Program-made: the position numbers and the translations under genes
The notes under the pieces: generated by a model
The model's input: the letters and a program-made list of their open reading frames with translations, nothing else
What the model was told of the DNA's origin: nothing
Database searches by the model: none
Virus record (IMG/VR): IMGVR_UViG_3300045988_135203
Span: 49,699 to 113,698 of that record
Origin: a virus
Strand: one strand, 5' to 3'
Length of the DNA: 64,000 nucleotides
In this document: positions 8,567 to 18,129 of the stretch, one piece after another
How the letters are laid out: each line of letters starts with the position of its first letter
How positions within the stretch are numbered: position 1 is the stretch's first letter

Positions 8567-11500
8567 ATGGCTAAAAAATTGAATGTTGAATTAGGTTTTT
8601 CGGTTAATAATTCATCTGCTAAAAAACAAATAGATGATTTACTTAACCAACTTCAAAAAATTCAAACAACTCCTTCTAAAGTTTTTGATGACAAAGATTT
8701 AAAAGATGCGAGTAAAGCCGCACAAGAATTACAGCAACATATCAGAAATGCTGTTAATACTAATACAGGTAAGTTAGATTTAACTAAATTTGCTACAAGT
8801 TTAAGTAAATCTAATACAAATCTTGAATATTTTAGAAAACAACTTACTAAAGCTGGTACAGATGGGAAAAATAGCTTTGCTAGTCTAACAAATGCAATAG
8901 CACAAGCTGATGCCCCAATGTTAAAATTAAATGGCCGTTTAGGCGAATTTATGACCACTTTGAAAAACTCTGCTAGATGGCAACTTTCTTCAAATATTCT
9001 ACATGGGCTTGAAGGAGCTCTCGGTTCTGCCATTGGATATGCAAAAGATTTAGATGAATCTTTAAATAACATTCGTATTGTAACAGGTAAAAGTACAGAT
9101 GATATGGCTTCTTTTGCAAAAGAAGCCAATGAGGCTGCAAAAGCTTTAAGTACAACTACTACTAATTATACAGATGCAAGTTTAATTTATTATCAACAAG
9201 GTTTATCTGATGAAGAGGTAAAAAAGAGAACTGACATTACTGTTAAGATGGGTAATGTTGCACGTGAAAGCGCAGAAGAAGTTTCACAATACATGACTGC
9301 AATTTGGGAGAACTATGCAGATGGTTCTGAATCATTGGAATCATATGCAGATAAAATTACAGCTTTAGGTGCTGCAACTGCATCAAGTTCTAAAGAAATT
9401 GCGAATGGTCTTGAAAAATTTGTTGCTGTTGGTGACCAAATTGGTTTATCATATGATTATGCAACTGCTGCATTAACTACTATTTTAGCTAAAACTCGTC
9501 AAAGTGAAGATGTAGTAGGTACTGCATTAAAAACAATTTTTGCACGTATCCAAGGCTTTAACTTAGGTGAAACCGCAGATGATGGTGTTACATTAAATAA
9601 ATATTCATCCGCTTTAAAAGCTGTTGGTGTTGATGTATTAGATGTTAATGGTGAAATGAAGGATATGGATACTATTCTTAATGAATTAGCATCTAAATGG
9701 GGAACTTTAGGCAAAGCACAACAGAACGCTTTAGCACAAACAGTTGCCGGTGTTCGTCAATATACTCAATTAGTTGCTCTTATGGATAATTGGGATTTTT
9801 TTAAAGAAAATCTTGATACAATAGAAGATTCAGAAGGTGCCTTACAAAAACAAGCTGATATTTTTGCCGATTCTTGGGAGGCAGCAAGAAAAAGAGTAAA
9901 AGCTTCTTGGGAAGGTCTTTATGATGATTTAATTGATACTGATGGAATTACTAAATTAGATAATATTTTAGCAGATACTCTTGATATATTAGATGATGTT
10001 ATTAATAATTTTGGTGGATTACAAGGCGTCTTAGGAACTATTGCAGGATTTATGATGCAGAAATTCGCCAAAGAAGTACCTGGAGCTTTAAATAATTTAT
10101 TAGCTTCATTAAATTTAATAACTAATAAATCTCAAACTCAGGCTACACAGATGCTCGAAGAAGTGGCAAAACAGCAGAGGCAAGTCGCAAATAATGAACT
10201 TGGAGCTTCTGGTTTACCAACAGCTGAAAATTTAACTTATTCTGCTGAATTACAACAATCTGCAAAATTAGCTGAATTAAAAGCTACTTTAGCCAAAGAG
10301 AGTAAAAATTTATCTACTCAGGAAAAAGAAGAAGCCCAAAGATTAATTGAAATTACTGAAGCTAGATATAAAGATATTCAAGCTATTGGTAAACAAATAG
10401 AAGAGCAAAAAAAAGCTGAAGAATCAAAGGTTAGCGGCTTAGCTTCTAGTATGGCAAATAGAACGGTTACTAGTGAAGGTAAATCTGATGTTGATTATAA
10501 TAAAGATTTAGCTAAAGCCACTAGTGAATATCAAAAACAAATTGATGCTGTTAAAAAATTATCTTTTTCTCTTGGAGAGTTAAAAGAATTAAAAACTACT
10601 ATCTCTGAGCAAAAGGATATTTGGGAAGACCCAAATACTAAGGCTCAACAATTTGAGCAGAACTTAAAATTAATTATTCAGTCAATAGAAGAAACTTCTG
10701 CAGATTTAGCCGGAACTGCGAGTTTTGAAAAGTTAACTAAACAGTTCGATGAATTGCAACAACATTTAAAAGATGGGTCTGGAAATTTTGATGAAATTAA
10801 AAATAAAATTCTAGATACTATGACAGAATTAGCAGGAGACAATGTTGCTTCTGAATTGGAAATTAGTGTTAAAGATGCTCAAAATAGAATACAAGAATTA
10901 GTTGATAACTTAAAAGCTAAAGGCTTTAATGAAGAAGCTGAAAAAATTGAGCAGTTAGGAAAAGCTTTTGAGAAATTAGGAGGTAGCGCGCAAAGAGGTG
11001 CACAAGGTCTAAGAAGTTTAAATGAAATTAATATTCCTAAGCATTTAACTAAAATTTCAGAAGGAATTTTTTCTACTATTGGAGCTTTATCTCAATTAAC
11101 TTTTAGTTTTCAATCAGTGGCTAATGGATTTACTACATTAAATGATTCATCTGCTACAACATCTGAAAGAATTACTGCAGCTACCTCTTCTTTGATGTCT
11201 TTAAGCTTTGCTGGTAAAGCTGCAATTTCTACATTTAAAGGTTTGGCCGAGGCTACTTCTGTAGGGTTTGCTGGAGCTTTGGGAATAGCTACTGTGGCCA
11301 TATCTGCTATATTAGCTGCAATTAGCTATGCTTCCCAAAAGAAAGAAGAAGAAATTAAAAAAGCTAGAGAAGAAGCTCAAAATTCTTTAAATGAAGTTGA
11401 TGAAATTCAAGAAGAAGTAGATAAATTAAACAGTTTATCTGAGAAGTATTCTGATGCTAAAAAGAATTTTGATGAAAATAAAAATGCTGATAATAATTCA

Positions 11501-14500
11501 GCTTTAATAGACAGTACACGGAATTTAGCTGAAGAACTAAATAATGAAATAGATGCTTTAAAAGATACTCATTCTGAATTGGAAAATGTTAATGAAGAGA
11601 ACATTATTGCTCAAGGCACTTATAATGATTTAGAGCAATCTATTAGGGATGTTACTAAAGCCAGAATGGAAGATAAGGCTGCAGTGGCAAAAACTGCAAT
11701 GCAAGATGCTGGAATTGCTTTTTCTAAAAGTATGACCAAAGGTAGAGGTAATACTTTATTTGGAGAATATCAAGCTGATATTAATGCTAATAATTATAAT
11801 AAATATTTAGATGAATCTTTAAGTAAAGCAGATTCTAGTAAAGTTAAATATAATACTTATAATGGGCAAATAAATTTACGTGCAAATTATGATCCAAATG
11901 ATATTGAAGCTACATATAAAAGTGAAATCGAAACTTATGAAGAAGTTTTAAATGCGGTAACTGAAGCTAAGAAAAATGCTAGTGCTGCAGGAGCTGAAGA
12001 ACTTCAAGATTTAGAAAATTCAGATGGTTATAAAAATTTAGTTAGCTGGCTAGAAAAAGCAAAAGATGATTATGATTTATTAACTCAGTCTACTAAAGAG
12101 TTTAAAGATGCTAATGGAGTCCAATATTTACAAGATACTCTTACTGCATTTGGTGATGTAAATGTAGATTCTATTAAAGAATATAGTAAAGTAGTAGATG
12201 ATTTAGCAGAAAGGCTTGCTAAACAGGAGTTAGGTTATGACCAAAATGCTACTTTAACAGATGATCAATTAGAAGCTGTTAAGAAAGAGACTGAAAACCA
12301 AAAAGAATTAGCTCAAAGTACTTTAGAAACTTCTGGAGCATATGATGAGTTTGCTAATTCTTATGGAACTGCACAAGATGCTATTACTAAGGCGACAAAA
12401 AGTAAAGACGAAGGTGGTTCTGGTTGGGATAATAGTAAAGTAGATTTAAATGATTATTATTTAAATCACTTACAAACTGATGATGAAAGAAAGTTATTTG
12501 TTCAATTAGATTTTGACCAAGATCAATCAGTAAAAAATCTTGATGCTCAATTAGATTATTTACAGGCTCAAGCAGATTCTAATAAAGTAATAAACATTAC
12601 AACTTCTATTGATGCAGCTTTAGGAGCATTAGCTTCTAGTAAATCAGATAAGATGTCTACTATTCAAAACCTTATTGATTGGGGTAAAAATGGTATTGAG
12701 TCTTTTGAGGAGTTTAGTCAAAAGACAGAAGAAGAACAATTTGCAACATTAATTGCTTTAGGTAGACAATTCGCACAATCCACTGATGAAAATACTAAAA
12801 AGTCTAAGGATGAAATGAATAAAGCCTTAGAGGAAATAAAACAAAATCGTCAGGATTTAGAAGCAGAATTAACTGCAGCACAGAATAAAGTCGAGAATGC
12901 AAAGACTGATTTAGAAAAAGGTCAAGCTCAGAAAGAGGTAGATGCATTACAAGAACAACTTAATAATATGGATGCCGATATCGAGGAAAAGAAAGAAGAA
13001 ATTAAAAATTTTACTGCGGATAAAGGCTTTAATCCAACTTATGAGACTAATGAAGATTATCTTGATAAGTTAAGTGATCTTGATAAATTAAATACTTTAC
13101 TTTCTACTGGACAAGAATTATCTGGAGGTTTAAAACAAGAACTTGCAGATATGATAGTTTCTCTTGATAATACTGATGTTGAAGAGAAATTTAAACTTCT
13201 TACAAGCACTTTAGAGTCTGGAAAAATTGATATAGATAATTTTAATGAAGCATTATTGCAATTATCTTCTTCAGGAGAAGTAACAGCTGAACATTTACAA
13301 GAAATTTTTATGAAGGATGATGGTTCTATTGATAAGGACTTCATGGAAAGTTACTCTGAAAATTTACAAGCAGTTGCTCAAAATTATGATAATTGTACTG
13401 CAGCTTTAGAAAGATACAAACAAGCTTTAGCTAGTGGAAATGAAACTCAACAACAGATTGCACAATCTGCTCTTGAATTGTCTGTTCGTGCAGGAGAAGA
13501 TGGGGAAAAATATGGAGTAGATGCTGAAAGACTTGAAATTTTAGCTTCTACATATTTAGATGAAGCTAAAAATCTTAAAGCTGTTACTGAAGAAGGAGCA
13601 AATGCTGCTGAAATAGCTGAAGATATGGCAGTTGCTGAAGTCCGTTTGAATGCAGCTATTGAAGATTTATATAGTAATTGGGAAGATTATCAAAGTATTG
13701 TTGATATATGTAATGATACTTTATCCGAAGGCACTGATGCTACTGTACGTCAAATTATGGCAGATAGTAAATTATCTAAATCATTTATTCAATTACGTAA
13801 AGATGTCGCTGGATTATTAAATACATCTGAAGATATGCTTGGTAGTGATTGGATTGTTAGCCAAATGGATAATATTCAAGCAGCTGCAGAAGGTAATGAA
13901 GAAGCAATAGAAGCTTTAAGAGAAAGTGCAGCTCAAGAAATTCTTTTAAACACTAATGTTGATAACGTTTGGAATGATATAGACGGTTTATCTGCAGCAA
14001 TAAATGAAATACCTGATGGAGAAATTGACTTAGAGAGTGATAACTTTATTCAGGGTCTTGTCTATGTAATGCAACAAGCGGGTATGGCTCGTGATGAAAT
14101 CGAAACCGCATTACAAGGAATGGGTATTAGTGTTGATCTCGATGAAGCTGACCAAAGTTTACAAGATGCTATTAATGACTTTCAATGGAATGGTGAAATA
14201 GCTGGTAAAGCATTTGCAGATGGCGTAGCTGCTAATGCAGGTGTTGATGCTGAAACTGTAACGAAACAAGATAAAGCCGAGGATGAACAAACTTATAGTG
14301 GCTTTAAGGTTAATATGCATAGAAATACTAATTATGGTAATGTACCAGTAATTAGTGGTAATAGTTTATTTGGTTTTCATGTAGAACAAGTTCCAACTCA
14401 ATATATTACTTATGATGAACAGATTGAACCTACTCCAGAAAAAACTACTGATACAAAACAACAAACCACTATGGCTTTAAAAGTTAAATCAGCTAGTAAA

Positions 14501-17500
14501 GAATCTGGTGGTCATATTACTACTACTAATAAACCAGGTGGTACTAATAGACAACCTGCGGCTACTAGAGCAAGAGCTGCAAGGACTCCTCATTCTAGTT
14601 CAGGCACTCGTTCAACTCCAAGAGCTAAAACTTTTAGACCTTCTCGTGAAGTTAATGTTTCTGATATTGTTAAAGATGATAAAAAGAAACTTAAAGATGA
14701 AAAAGAACGTTATCATGTAATTAATAATCAATTAGAAGATATTTCTCATAACTTAGCTGATATTGCTCAATTAAAAGATAGAGCATTTGGTAAAAATAAA
14801 TTAAATGCTTTAAAAGCTGAAAATAAAGAGCTTCAATCTCAAGCTAAGGCGCAGGCTAAATTAGTTAAAGAAACTGAAAAATATTTAAAGATTGATAAAG
14901 CTGCAGTTCAAGCATTGGGCGCAACTATAGGGTCTGATGGAACTATTACTAACTATGATGCATTAATGACTAATAAAGTTAAATCTTATAATAATTCTGT
15001 ATTAGCTTATGCTAAAATGCAAAAAGCTGCAGAAGATGAATATAATAGAGCAATGCAAGATGCTACCAATAGATATAATGCCAGTAGTAGAAGTGATGCA
15101 GATAGCGCTATTTATGATGCGGCAGCTGAACGAGCTAAAGAGCGCAAAGATGAAGCTGATAAACAAGCTGAACGTTATAAAAAACAAATTGATGAAGATT
15201 ATAAAGATTTTACTGATAAAATTAATCAATATGAAGAAACTTATGATAAAATGCGTGAAGAAAAATTAAAAGAGCAACAAATTCAAGATCAAATTTATGA
15301 CAATGAACTTGAAACTATCCAATATGAAGTTGAAATTAAAGTTGATGTTGATGAAGACACTCTTAAATTTTTAAATGAGCTTTTTGACCAAATGGGTGAT
15401 AGCGCAGATTATGCAGCAGACCGTATTGCTAATTTAACTAAACAAGCTAAAGCTTATAATAATGAAGCTAAAGCTTATGAAAATGGTATTTCTAGTATTC
15501 TTAAACATGCTGGCGCAGATCAAGAACTTATCAATGGATTTATTAATGGTAAATTAACTAAAGACCAGATTAAAGAAATGGGAGCACTTGGTTTTACTGA
15601 AGGTGATGCTGAAGCTTTAAGGGATTATAGTGATAAATTAATTGAACTTAATAATAATTATAGAGACCTTAGAGATACTATGGTTGACCAAGTAAGTGCG
15701 GCATTTGATGAATATATTGAAAAGCTTGAAGATGCATCGGATAAAATTGAAAAACTTCAAAAAGTTACTGAAACTTATAAGAATATTATTGATGTAGTTG
15801 GAAAACGTATTCTTGACCCTACTGGTAAAATTACAAAAGCTTTAGATGATGCGGCATTTAATTCTGCAAAAAATCTAACTAAGTCAAATAAATCTACTTT
15901 AGACTTTGCTGAGAATGCATTAAAAGAAGCTAAAAAAACTAGAGATTCATTAGCTAAACAATATGGTGAAGATAATGAAACTGTTAGAAAATGGGATGAA
16001 CAAGTTAAGGAACTTGAAGATAAACGTGATGAAGCTTATTCAGATTGGTTAGATGCTTGGGAAGCTGAATGTGAAGCCGCAAGAACAACTTTTGAAGATA
16101 CATTAGAGTCTATTATAACTAATTTTGAAACTAAAATTTCAGGATTAGCAGGTAGTCTTGACATGTTAAATGATGCTTATGAGCGTCAGTCTAAAGTTGA
16201 TGAAGTATATGTTGATGATTATGAAAAAATATATCAACTTTCAAAATTATCACGAGAGATAAGTAAATCTATTGATGATACAAGTCAAGTAAAAAATAAA
16301 GAGAAATTAAAAAAATTACAAGATGAGATTGTTAAAAAACAAGAACAAGGTGTAAAATTAAGTCAATATGATTTAGATTATCTTGAGAAAAAATATCAAT
16401 TAGAATTAGCTAGACAGCAATTAGAAGAAGCAAAAAATGCAAAAACGCAAGTTACAATGAAACGTGATTCAGAAGGTAATTATGGTTATGTATATACTGC
16501 GGACGCTAATGCGGTTGCAGATGCTGAACAAAACTATGAAGATAGACTTCATGAATTACAAGAATTAAATAGTGAGTATATTAAAACTTTACAAGGTGAT
16601 ATTATTCAAGTCCAACAAGATTTAGAAAATGACCTTAAAGATTTTGCAGAGAATTTTAAAGGTACTCAAGAAGAGTATGAGAAAGGTGTTGCTGAAATTA
16701 CAGAGAAGTATAAAACTTTAATGGAATATAAACAACAACAAATGCAAAATGTATTAAGTAATAATCGTGATTTATATATGAATGATTGGAAATCATATTC
16801 TGAAGCAACTGGATATAAATTATCTGTAGATGCTGATTATCTTGATAAATGGGAAGAAACAAATTATTCAATTATTACAGGGTATGAAACTCTTGAAGAT
16901 GCTATGAGTGCTTGGCGTGATGGTGTTGAACAAGTAACTAATGATGCTAATGAAGCTTATAGAATCTGGTATGAACAAACCAATCAAGCTTTGGAAGATG
17001 GTGGAACTTCAATGGATAATTTTGCTAATAAAGCAGAAGAAGTTGCAGGTGAAGTTACTAGCCAAACAGACAAAATTGCTGAAGGCGCAAAAGAAATGTC
17101 AGAGACTTTTAAAACAAGTTTTGATGACATCCTTGAGAATGCAAAAACATTTTCACAACAGTTTGAAGATGTTATTATGGGAATTATTGATTCCAATACA
17201 AAACTTGCAGATTCTATCAGAAAAGTATTAGCGGAAGCTTCTAAAGTTTCTAGTTCAACAAATTCTGGAACTAATGGAAATTATACTGGAGGTACTTCAG
17301 ATAATATCAATGGAAATGGTTCTTCTACTAGTGGAGGAAGTAATTCTGGCACAGATGCAAGTGGTTTAGATTTTACAGATGGCACTAAAGGTAACAGAAA
17401 AAGTCGTCGAAGTAAAGGAAAAGGCAGAACTTCTAAACTTGATGCAAAAACTAAATATGGTGTTGCTTTAGCTATTATTGAAGGTACTTATGGATGGGGC

Positions 17501-18013
17501 GATGACCCATTTCGTTCTGGAAAGCTTACTCAAAAATTTGGAAGTAATAATGGTATTCAAGCTATTGTTAATAAGCTTTGGGCTGAAGGTAAAGTATTTA
17601 GTGGAGCTTGGGAAGGAGCTTATTATGGTTTAACTTCTAAAGATATGCCTAGATATGCTTATAATAGATTTAATACTGGTGGATATACAGGTTATTGGCC
17701 TGGAGATACTGGTAAATTAGCTTTTCTTGATAGCAAAGAAATTGTCCTTAATAAAGATGATACAGCTAATTTCCTTAGCGCAGTAGATATCGTTAGAGAT
17801 ATTGCTAAGACGATTGATTTAACAGCATCTAGTGCAAGCAATAGTTTTTCTAGACTATTTGCGGCGGCAGGTATAAAAACCGCAGCTAATACACTTGAGC
17901 AAGAAGTTCATATTACTGCAGAATTTCCTAATGCAACAAATAAAAATGAAATTCTTGATGCATTTGATAATGTTATTAATCTTGCTACACAATATGCTAA
18001 TAGAAGTAAATAA
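8567..18013 (+). CDS. tail tape measure protein, 3148 aa
   Basis: Residues ~150-330 (ESLNNIRIVTGKS...GLSDEEVKKRTDITVKMGNVARESAEEV...GTALKTIFARIQG) match the conserved TP901-family/PhageMin_Tail TMP core as I recall it. The rest is very long predicted coiled coil rich in E/K/Q/L/A. There is a hydrophobic segment near aa 880-920 (FAGALGIATVAISAILAAISYA). The gene sits in the canonical position after the tube and chaperone genes. Confidence 0.85.
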   Translation: MAKKLNVELGFSVNNSSAKKQIDDLLNQLQKIQTTPSKVFDDKDLKDASKAAQELQQHIRNAVNTNTGKLDLTKFATSLSKSNTNLEYFRKQLTKAGTDGKNSFASLTNAIAQADAPMLKLNGRLGEFMTTLKNSARWQLSSNILHGLEGALGSAIGYAKDLDESLNNIRIVTGKSTDDMASFAKEANEAAKALSTTTTNYTDASLIYYQQGLSDEEVKKRTDITVKMGNVARESAEEVSQYMTAIWENYADGSESLESYADKITALGAATASSSKEIANGLEKFVAVGDQIGLSYDYATAALTTILAKTRQSEDVVGTALKTIFARIQGFNLGETADDGVTLNKYSSALKAVGVDVLDVNGEMKDMDTILNELASKWGTLGKAQQNALAQTVAGVRQYTQLVALMDNWDFFKENLDTIEDSEGALQKQADIFADSWEAARKRVKASWEGLYDDLIDTDGITKLDNILADTLDILDDVINNFGGLQGVLGTIAGFMMQKFAKEVPGALNNLLASLNLITNKSQTQATQMLEEVAKQQRQVANNELGASGLPTAENLTYSAELQQSAKLAELKATLAKESKNLSTQEKEEAQRLIEITEARYKDIQAIGKQIEEQKKAEESKVSGLASSMANRTVTSEGKSDVDYNKDLAKATSEYQKQIDAVKKLSFSLGELKELKTTISEQKDIWEDPNTKAQQFEQNLKLIIQSIEETSADLAGTASFEKLTKQFDELQQHLKDGSGNFDEIKNKILDTMTELAGDNVASELEISVKDAQNRIQELVDNLKAKGFNEEAEKIEQLGKAFEKLGGSAQRGAQGLRSLNEINIPKHLTKISEGIFSTIGALSQLTFSFQSVANGFTTLNDSSATTSERITAATSSLMSLSFAGKAAISTFKGLAEATSVGFAGALGIATVAISAILAAISYASQKKEEEIKKAREEAQNSLNEVDEIQEEVDKLNSLSEKYSDAKKNFDENKNADNNSALIDSTRNLAEELNNEIDALKDTHSELENVNEENIIAQGTYNDLEQSIRDVTKARMEDKAAVAKTAMQDAGIAFSKSMTKGRGNTLFGEYQADINANNYNKYLDESLSKADSSKVKYNTYNGQINLRANYDPNDIEATYKSEIETYEEVLNAVTEAKKNASAAGAEELQDLENSDGYKNLVSWLEKAKDDYDLLTQSTKEFKDANGVQYLQDTLTAFGDVNVDSIKEYSKVVDDLAERLAKQELGYDQNATLTDDQLEAVKKETENQKELAQSTLETSGAYDEFANSYGTAQDAITKATKSKDEGGSGWDNSKVDLNDYYLNHLQTDDERKLFVQLDFDQDQSVKNLDAQLDYLQAQADSNKVINITTSIDAALGALASSKSDKMSTIQNLIDWGKNGIESFEEFSQKTEEEQFATLIALGRQFAQSTDENTKKSKDEMNKALEEIKQNRQDLEAELTAAQNKVENAKTDLEKGQAQKEVDALQEQLNNMDADIEEKKEEIKNFTADKGFNPTYETNEDYLDKLSDLDKLNTLLSTGQELSGGLKQELADMIVSLDNTDVEEKFKLLTSTLESGKIDIDNFNEALLQLSSSGEVTAEHLQEIFMKDDGSIDKDFMESYSENLQAVAQNYDNCTAALERYKQALASGNETQQQIAQSALELSVRAGEDGEKYGVDAERLEILASTYLDEAKNLKAVTEEGANAAEIAEDMAVAEVRLNAAIEDLYSNWEDYQSIVDICNDTLSEGTDATVRQIMADSKLSKSFIQLRKDVAGLLNTSEDMLGSDWIVSQMDNIQAAAEGNEEAIEALRESAAQEILLNTNVDNVWNDIDGLSAAINEIPDGEIDLESDNFIQGLVYVMQQAGMARDEIETALQGMGISVDLDEADQSLQDAINDFQWNGEIAGKAFADGVAANAGVDAETVTKQDKAEDEQTYSGFKVNMHRNTNYGNVPVISGNSLFGFHVEQVPTQYITYDEQIEPTPEKTTDTKQQTTMALKVKSASKESGGHITTTNKPGGTNRQPAATRARAARTPHSSSGTRSTPRAKTFRPSREVNVSDIVKDDKKKLKDEKERYHVINNQLEDISHNLADIAQLKDRAFGKNKLNALKAENKELQSQAKAQAKLVKETEKYLKIDKAAVQALGATIGSDGTITNYDALMTNKVKSYNNSVLAYAKMQKAAEDEYNRAMQDATNRYNASSRSDADSAIYDAAAERAKERKDEADKQAERYKKQIDEDYKDFTDKINQYEETYDKMREEKLKEQQIQDQIYDNELETIQYEVEIKVDVDEDTLKFLNELFDQMGDSADYAADRIANLTKQAKAYNNEAKAYENGISSILKHAGADQELINGFINGKLTKDQIKEMGALGFTEGDAEALRDYSDKLIELNNNYRDLRDTMVDQVSAAFDEYIEKLEDASDKIEKLQKVTETYKNIIDVVGKRILDPTGKITKALDDAAFNSAKNLTKSNKSTLDFAENALKEAKKTRDSLAKQYGEDNETVRKWDEQVKELEDKRDEAYSDWLDAWEAECEAARTTFEDTLESIITNFETKISGLAGSLDMLNDAYERQSKVDEVYVDDYEKIYQLSKLSREISKSIDDTSQVKNKEKLKKLQDEIVKKQEQGVKLSQYDLDYLEKKYQLELARQQLEEAKNAKTQVTMKRDSEGNYGYVYTADANAVADAEQNYEDRLHELQELNSEYIKTLQGDIIQVQQDLENDLKDFAENFKGTQEEYEKGVAEITEKYKTLMEYKQQQMQNVLSNNRDLYMNDWKSYSEATGYKLSVDADYLDKWEETNYSIITGYETLEDAMSAWRDGVEQVTNDANEAYRIWYEQTNQALEDGGTSMDNFANKAEEVAGEVTSQTDKIAEGAKEMSETFKTSFDDILENAKTFSQQFEDVIMGIIDSNTKLADSIRKVLAEASKVSSSTNSGTNGNYTGGTSDNINGNGSSTSGGSNSGTDASGLDFTDGTKGNRKSRRSKGKGRTSKLDAKTKYGVALAIIEGTYGWGDDPFRSGKLTQKFGSNNGIQAIVNKLWAEGKVFSGAWEGAYYGLTSKDMPRYAYNRFNTGGYTGYWPGDTGKLAFLDSKEIVLNKDDTANFLSAVDIVRDIAKTIDLTASSASNSFSRLFAAAGIKTAANTLEQEVHITAEFPNATNKNEILDAFDNVINLATQYANRSK

Positions 18014-18020
18014 AATTTTA

Positions 18021-18053
18021 GGGAAGAGTATAATTACTCTTCCCTATTTTTTA
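18021..18053 (+). terminator. rho-independent terminator (GGGAAGAGTA / TACTCTTCCC)
   Basis: 10-bp perfect stem, 4-nt loop, followed by TATTTTTT. Lies directly after the TMP stop codon. Confidence 0.8.
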
Positions 18054-18072
18054 TTTGGGCAAATGATATGAA

Positions 18073-18101
18073 TTGACAAGTTAAAAAAATTATGATAATA
18101 T
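18073..18101 (+). promoter_or_regulatory. sigma-A-like promoter (TTGACA, 17-bp spacer, TAATAT)
   Basis: Consensus -35 TTGACA at 18073-18078, a 17-nt spacer and TAATAT at 18096-18101. Lies between the TMP terminator and the next gene's RBS. Confidence 0.5.
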
Positions 18102-18129
18102 AGAATAAGGAGTGAAAGGAGGCCATCAG

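Noticed and set aside
8662-9129. Antisense 155-aa ORF inside the TMP gene, and similar minus-strand ORFs at 13057-13344, 38421-38720, 44595-44804 and others
   Set aside because: They lie fully inside long, clearly coding plus-strand genes. They have no RBS and low-complexity translations. They are typical artefacts of biased composition.
18112-18129. GTG start at 18112 for the 2157-aa ORF
   Set aside because: The AGGAGG sequence lies inside this extension, 7 nt before ATG 18130. The ATG is the credible start.
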